A stretch of 64,000 nucleotides of DNA from an uncultured Hyphomicrobiales bacterium (lineage in GTDB: Bacteria > Bacteroidota > Ignavibacteria > Kapaibacteriales > UBA2268): the NCBI GenBank assembly GCA_964464375.1, contig CAYXFU010000012.1, positions 15,800 to 79,799 of the forward strand, given 5' to 3'. Every line of letters starts with the position of its first letter. The first letter of the stretch is position 1. This document shows, one piece after another, positions 62,510 through 64,000 of the stretch. The notes under the pieces were generated by a model. It saw only the letters and a program-made list of their open reading frames with translations. It did not search any database and was not told where the DNA came from. Both the position numbers and the translations under genes were made by a program.

Positions 62510-62833
62510 TCAATTAACAACTATACCTGTTTTTAGTATTTCTGCGATGATACTGGCTGATTCTGCACTTTCAATTTCGTCAATGAAAAAGCACCTTGGC
62601 TCAAATCTTAAATCAATATTCTGGGCAATTTTATAAAGATTTTTTGTGATAGCAAAACGACCCCCATCATTGCGACCATTGAGTACAACCGCAACGTCAA
62701 TATCACTCATACTATTAGCATATCCTTTAGCATAAGATCCATAAAGAATCAACCTGTTGACATCATACTCAGATGACACAAGCTTCAAAAACTTAGGTAT
62801 AAGTTCTTCAATTATGTATTCTTTGTCAGCCAT
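62510..62833 (-). CDS. Minimal nucleotidyltransferase (MNT)
   Basis: LYGSYAKG..SDIDVAVV. Confidence 0.9.
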   Translation of the reverse strand: MADKEYIIEELIPKFLKLVSSEYDVNRLILYGSYAKGYANSMSDIDVAVVLNGRNDGGRFAITKNLYKIAQNIDLRFEPRCFFIDEIESAESASIIAEILKTGIVVN

Positions 62834-63201
62834 TCAATTAATTCCTGTGTTTGATTATAGATTAATTCAGCTTTCAGTTTATCAATCTCTTTAGATAATT
62901 CCTCAATATCTTCTGTATATCTTGCTTCAATATAATAAGTGTTCAATTCTAAAATAAATTCATTCAAGTGTTCAGGAATTATTTCATTCAATTCAATTAA
63001 AGCAATCAACCTTTTCAGATTGTGAATATATGGAGGAGTTTCAGCTCTTTTCTTTATTACTATGGATTTTAATAATTTCTCAACTGACTGCTGGCACATA
63101 AAAGCAACATACAAATATCTACCAGATTTTAGCATTGCTAATGCTGTCTGATTGTCATAATCCGATTGACTAAGCCAATTGTTTATAGTTTTTTCGTTCA
63201 T
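62812..63201 (-). CDS. HEPN domain protein
   Basis: FMCQQSVEKLLK, PPYIHNL, IEARY. Confidence 0.9.
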   Translation of the reverse strand: MNEKTINNWLSQSDYDNQTALAMLKSGRYLYVAFMCQQSVEKLLKSIVIKKRAETPPYIHNLKRLIALIELNEIIPEHLNEFILELNTYYIEARYTEDIEELSKEIDKLKAELIYNQTQELIEWLTKNT

Positions 63202-63281
63202 TAAAAATCTACTATTTATTATAAACGCTAAATTATAATTAATATTTAATATTTCAAAAGATTCCTTTGTAATTGGAGAAT

Positions 63282-63324
63282 AAAAAAAACTACCAGGAAG
63301 TTCAAACTCTCTGATAGTTTTTTT
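63282..63324 (-). terminator. ftsH terminator
   Basis: aaaaaaaactaccagga..tctgatagttttttt. Confidence 0.6.
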
Positions 63325-63345
63325 ATTTTAATAAATCACTAGACG

Positions 63346-64000
63346 CTAGTCATTATTCACTACATTGGTTCCATTCACTTTTATAGATCTCAGAGCATTC
63401 AGCTTCTTGAGATTTATCGGCGGAAGTTCTTCTTTGTTAATAATCATGTCCAGTTCTTCGCCTTCCAAAGTCTCACGCTCGAGAAGAACCTTGCTCGTTT
63501 CGTGGAGCAGATCTATTTTATCTTTAAGGATCGTCTCTGCTCTTGCATAAGCGGAATATAATATCTTTCGCACTTCGGTATCAATTGTCTGAGCTGTTGC
63601 CTCACTGTGATCTCTTGGCTGTGATAGTTCACGTCCTAAGAAAACTTCTTCGTGTCTGTTCGCAAAAGTAACAGGACCCAGCACATCGCTCATTCCCCAG
63701 TCACATACCATCTTCTTTGCCAGCTGCGTAGCTCTTTCAAGGTCATTCGATGCACCGGTTGACTGATGATCGAACACAAGCTTCTCTGCAGCTCTTCCAG
63801 CCATAAGTATTGCCAGTTGCCCTTCAATATAGTTTTTAGAAAATGAATGATGATCCTCTGTTGGAAGCTGGTACGTTACACCCAAAGCTCTTCCGCGTGG
63901 AATAATTGTAACTTTGTGAACAGGATCTGCATTTGGTGTGAATCTGCCGACAAGTGCATGACCCATCTCGTGATAAGCAGTATTTTCCTTTTCCTTATCC
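63346..64000 (-). CDS. ftsH: ATP-dependent zinc metalloprotease FtsH (3' part; gene extends beyond the window)
   Basis: AYHEMGHA, KVTIIPRGRALG, GRAAE, TGASNDLERAT, LLERETL. Confidence 0.96.
   Translation of the reverse strand, partial: DKEKENTAYHEMGHALVGRFTPNADPVHKVTIIPRGRALGVTYQLPTEDHHSFSKNYIEGQLAILMAGRAAEKLVFDHQSTGASNDLERATQLAKKMVCDWGMSDVLGPVTFANRHEEVFLGRELSQPRDHSEATAQTIDTEVRKILYSAYARAETILKDKIDLLHETSKVLLERETLEGEELDMIINKEELPPINLKKLNALRSIKVNGTNVVNND

Overview
AT-rich chromosomal window from an FCB-group bacterium. The best guess is a Candidatus Kapabacteria/Ignavibacteria-like, probably anaerobic organism. This is inferred from five T9SS-type C-terminal-domain proteins, recurrent TAnnTTTG promoter boxes and an NfnAB pair. 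The backbone is housekeeping: aspS with tRNA-Ala(CGC) and tRNA-Gln(CUG), gmhB, ychF, lnt, an M16 peptidase pair, nadC, maf, glyA, pyrD, rpoN, nfnAB, corA and a partial ftsH. Interspersed are an arsR-thioredoxin-like-arsM operon, two HEPN/MNT toxin-antitoxin-like pairs, very AT-rich orphan secreted-protein genes, and many intergenic REP/REPIN-like palindromes and a MITE; no transposase, integrase, CRISPR or RT was seen. Most notable observations: (1) two REP-like palindromes read in-frame inside the T9SS C-terminal domain of a WD40 protein, one nearly identical to an intergenic copy; (2) a duplicated 70-bp sigma54-like promoter, each copy followed by a short terminated transcript (candidate paralogous sRNAs), flanking a HEPN/MNT pair; (3) a gene inserted into the 3' end of a nuclease gene with a 22-bp duplication that strands the old stop codon; (4) a MITE nested in a REP and carrying another REP pair; (5) an Asr/LEA-like secreted 11-mer repeat protein with an OmpR-type box beside a two-component system; (6) a membrane protein with a GldL/PorL-like transmembrane hairpin. 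All calls are by eye, without database searches.
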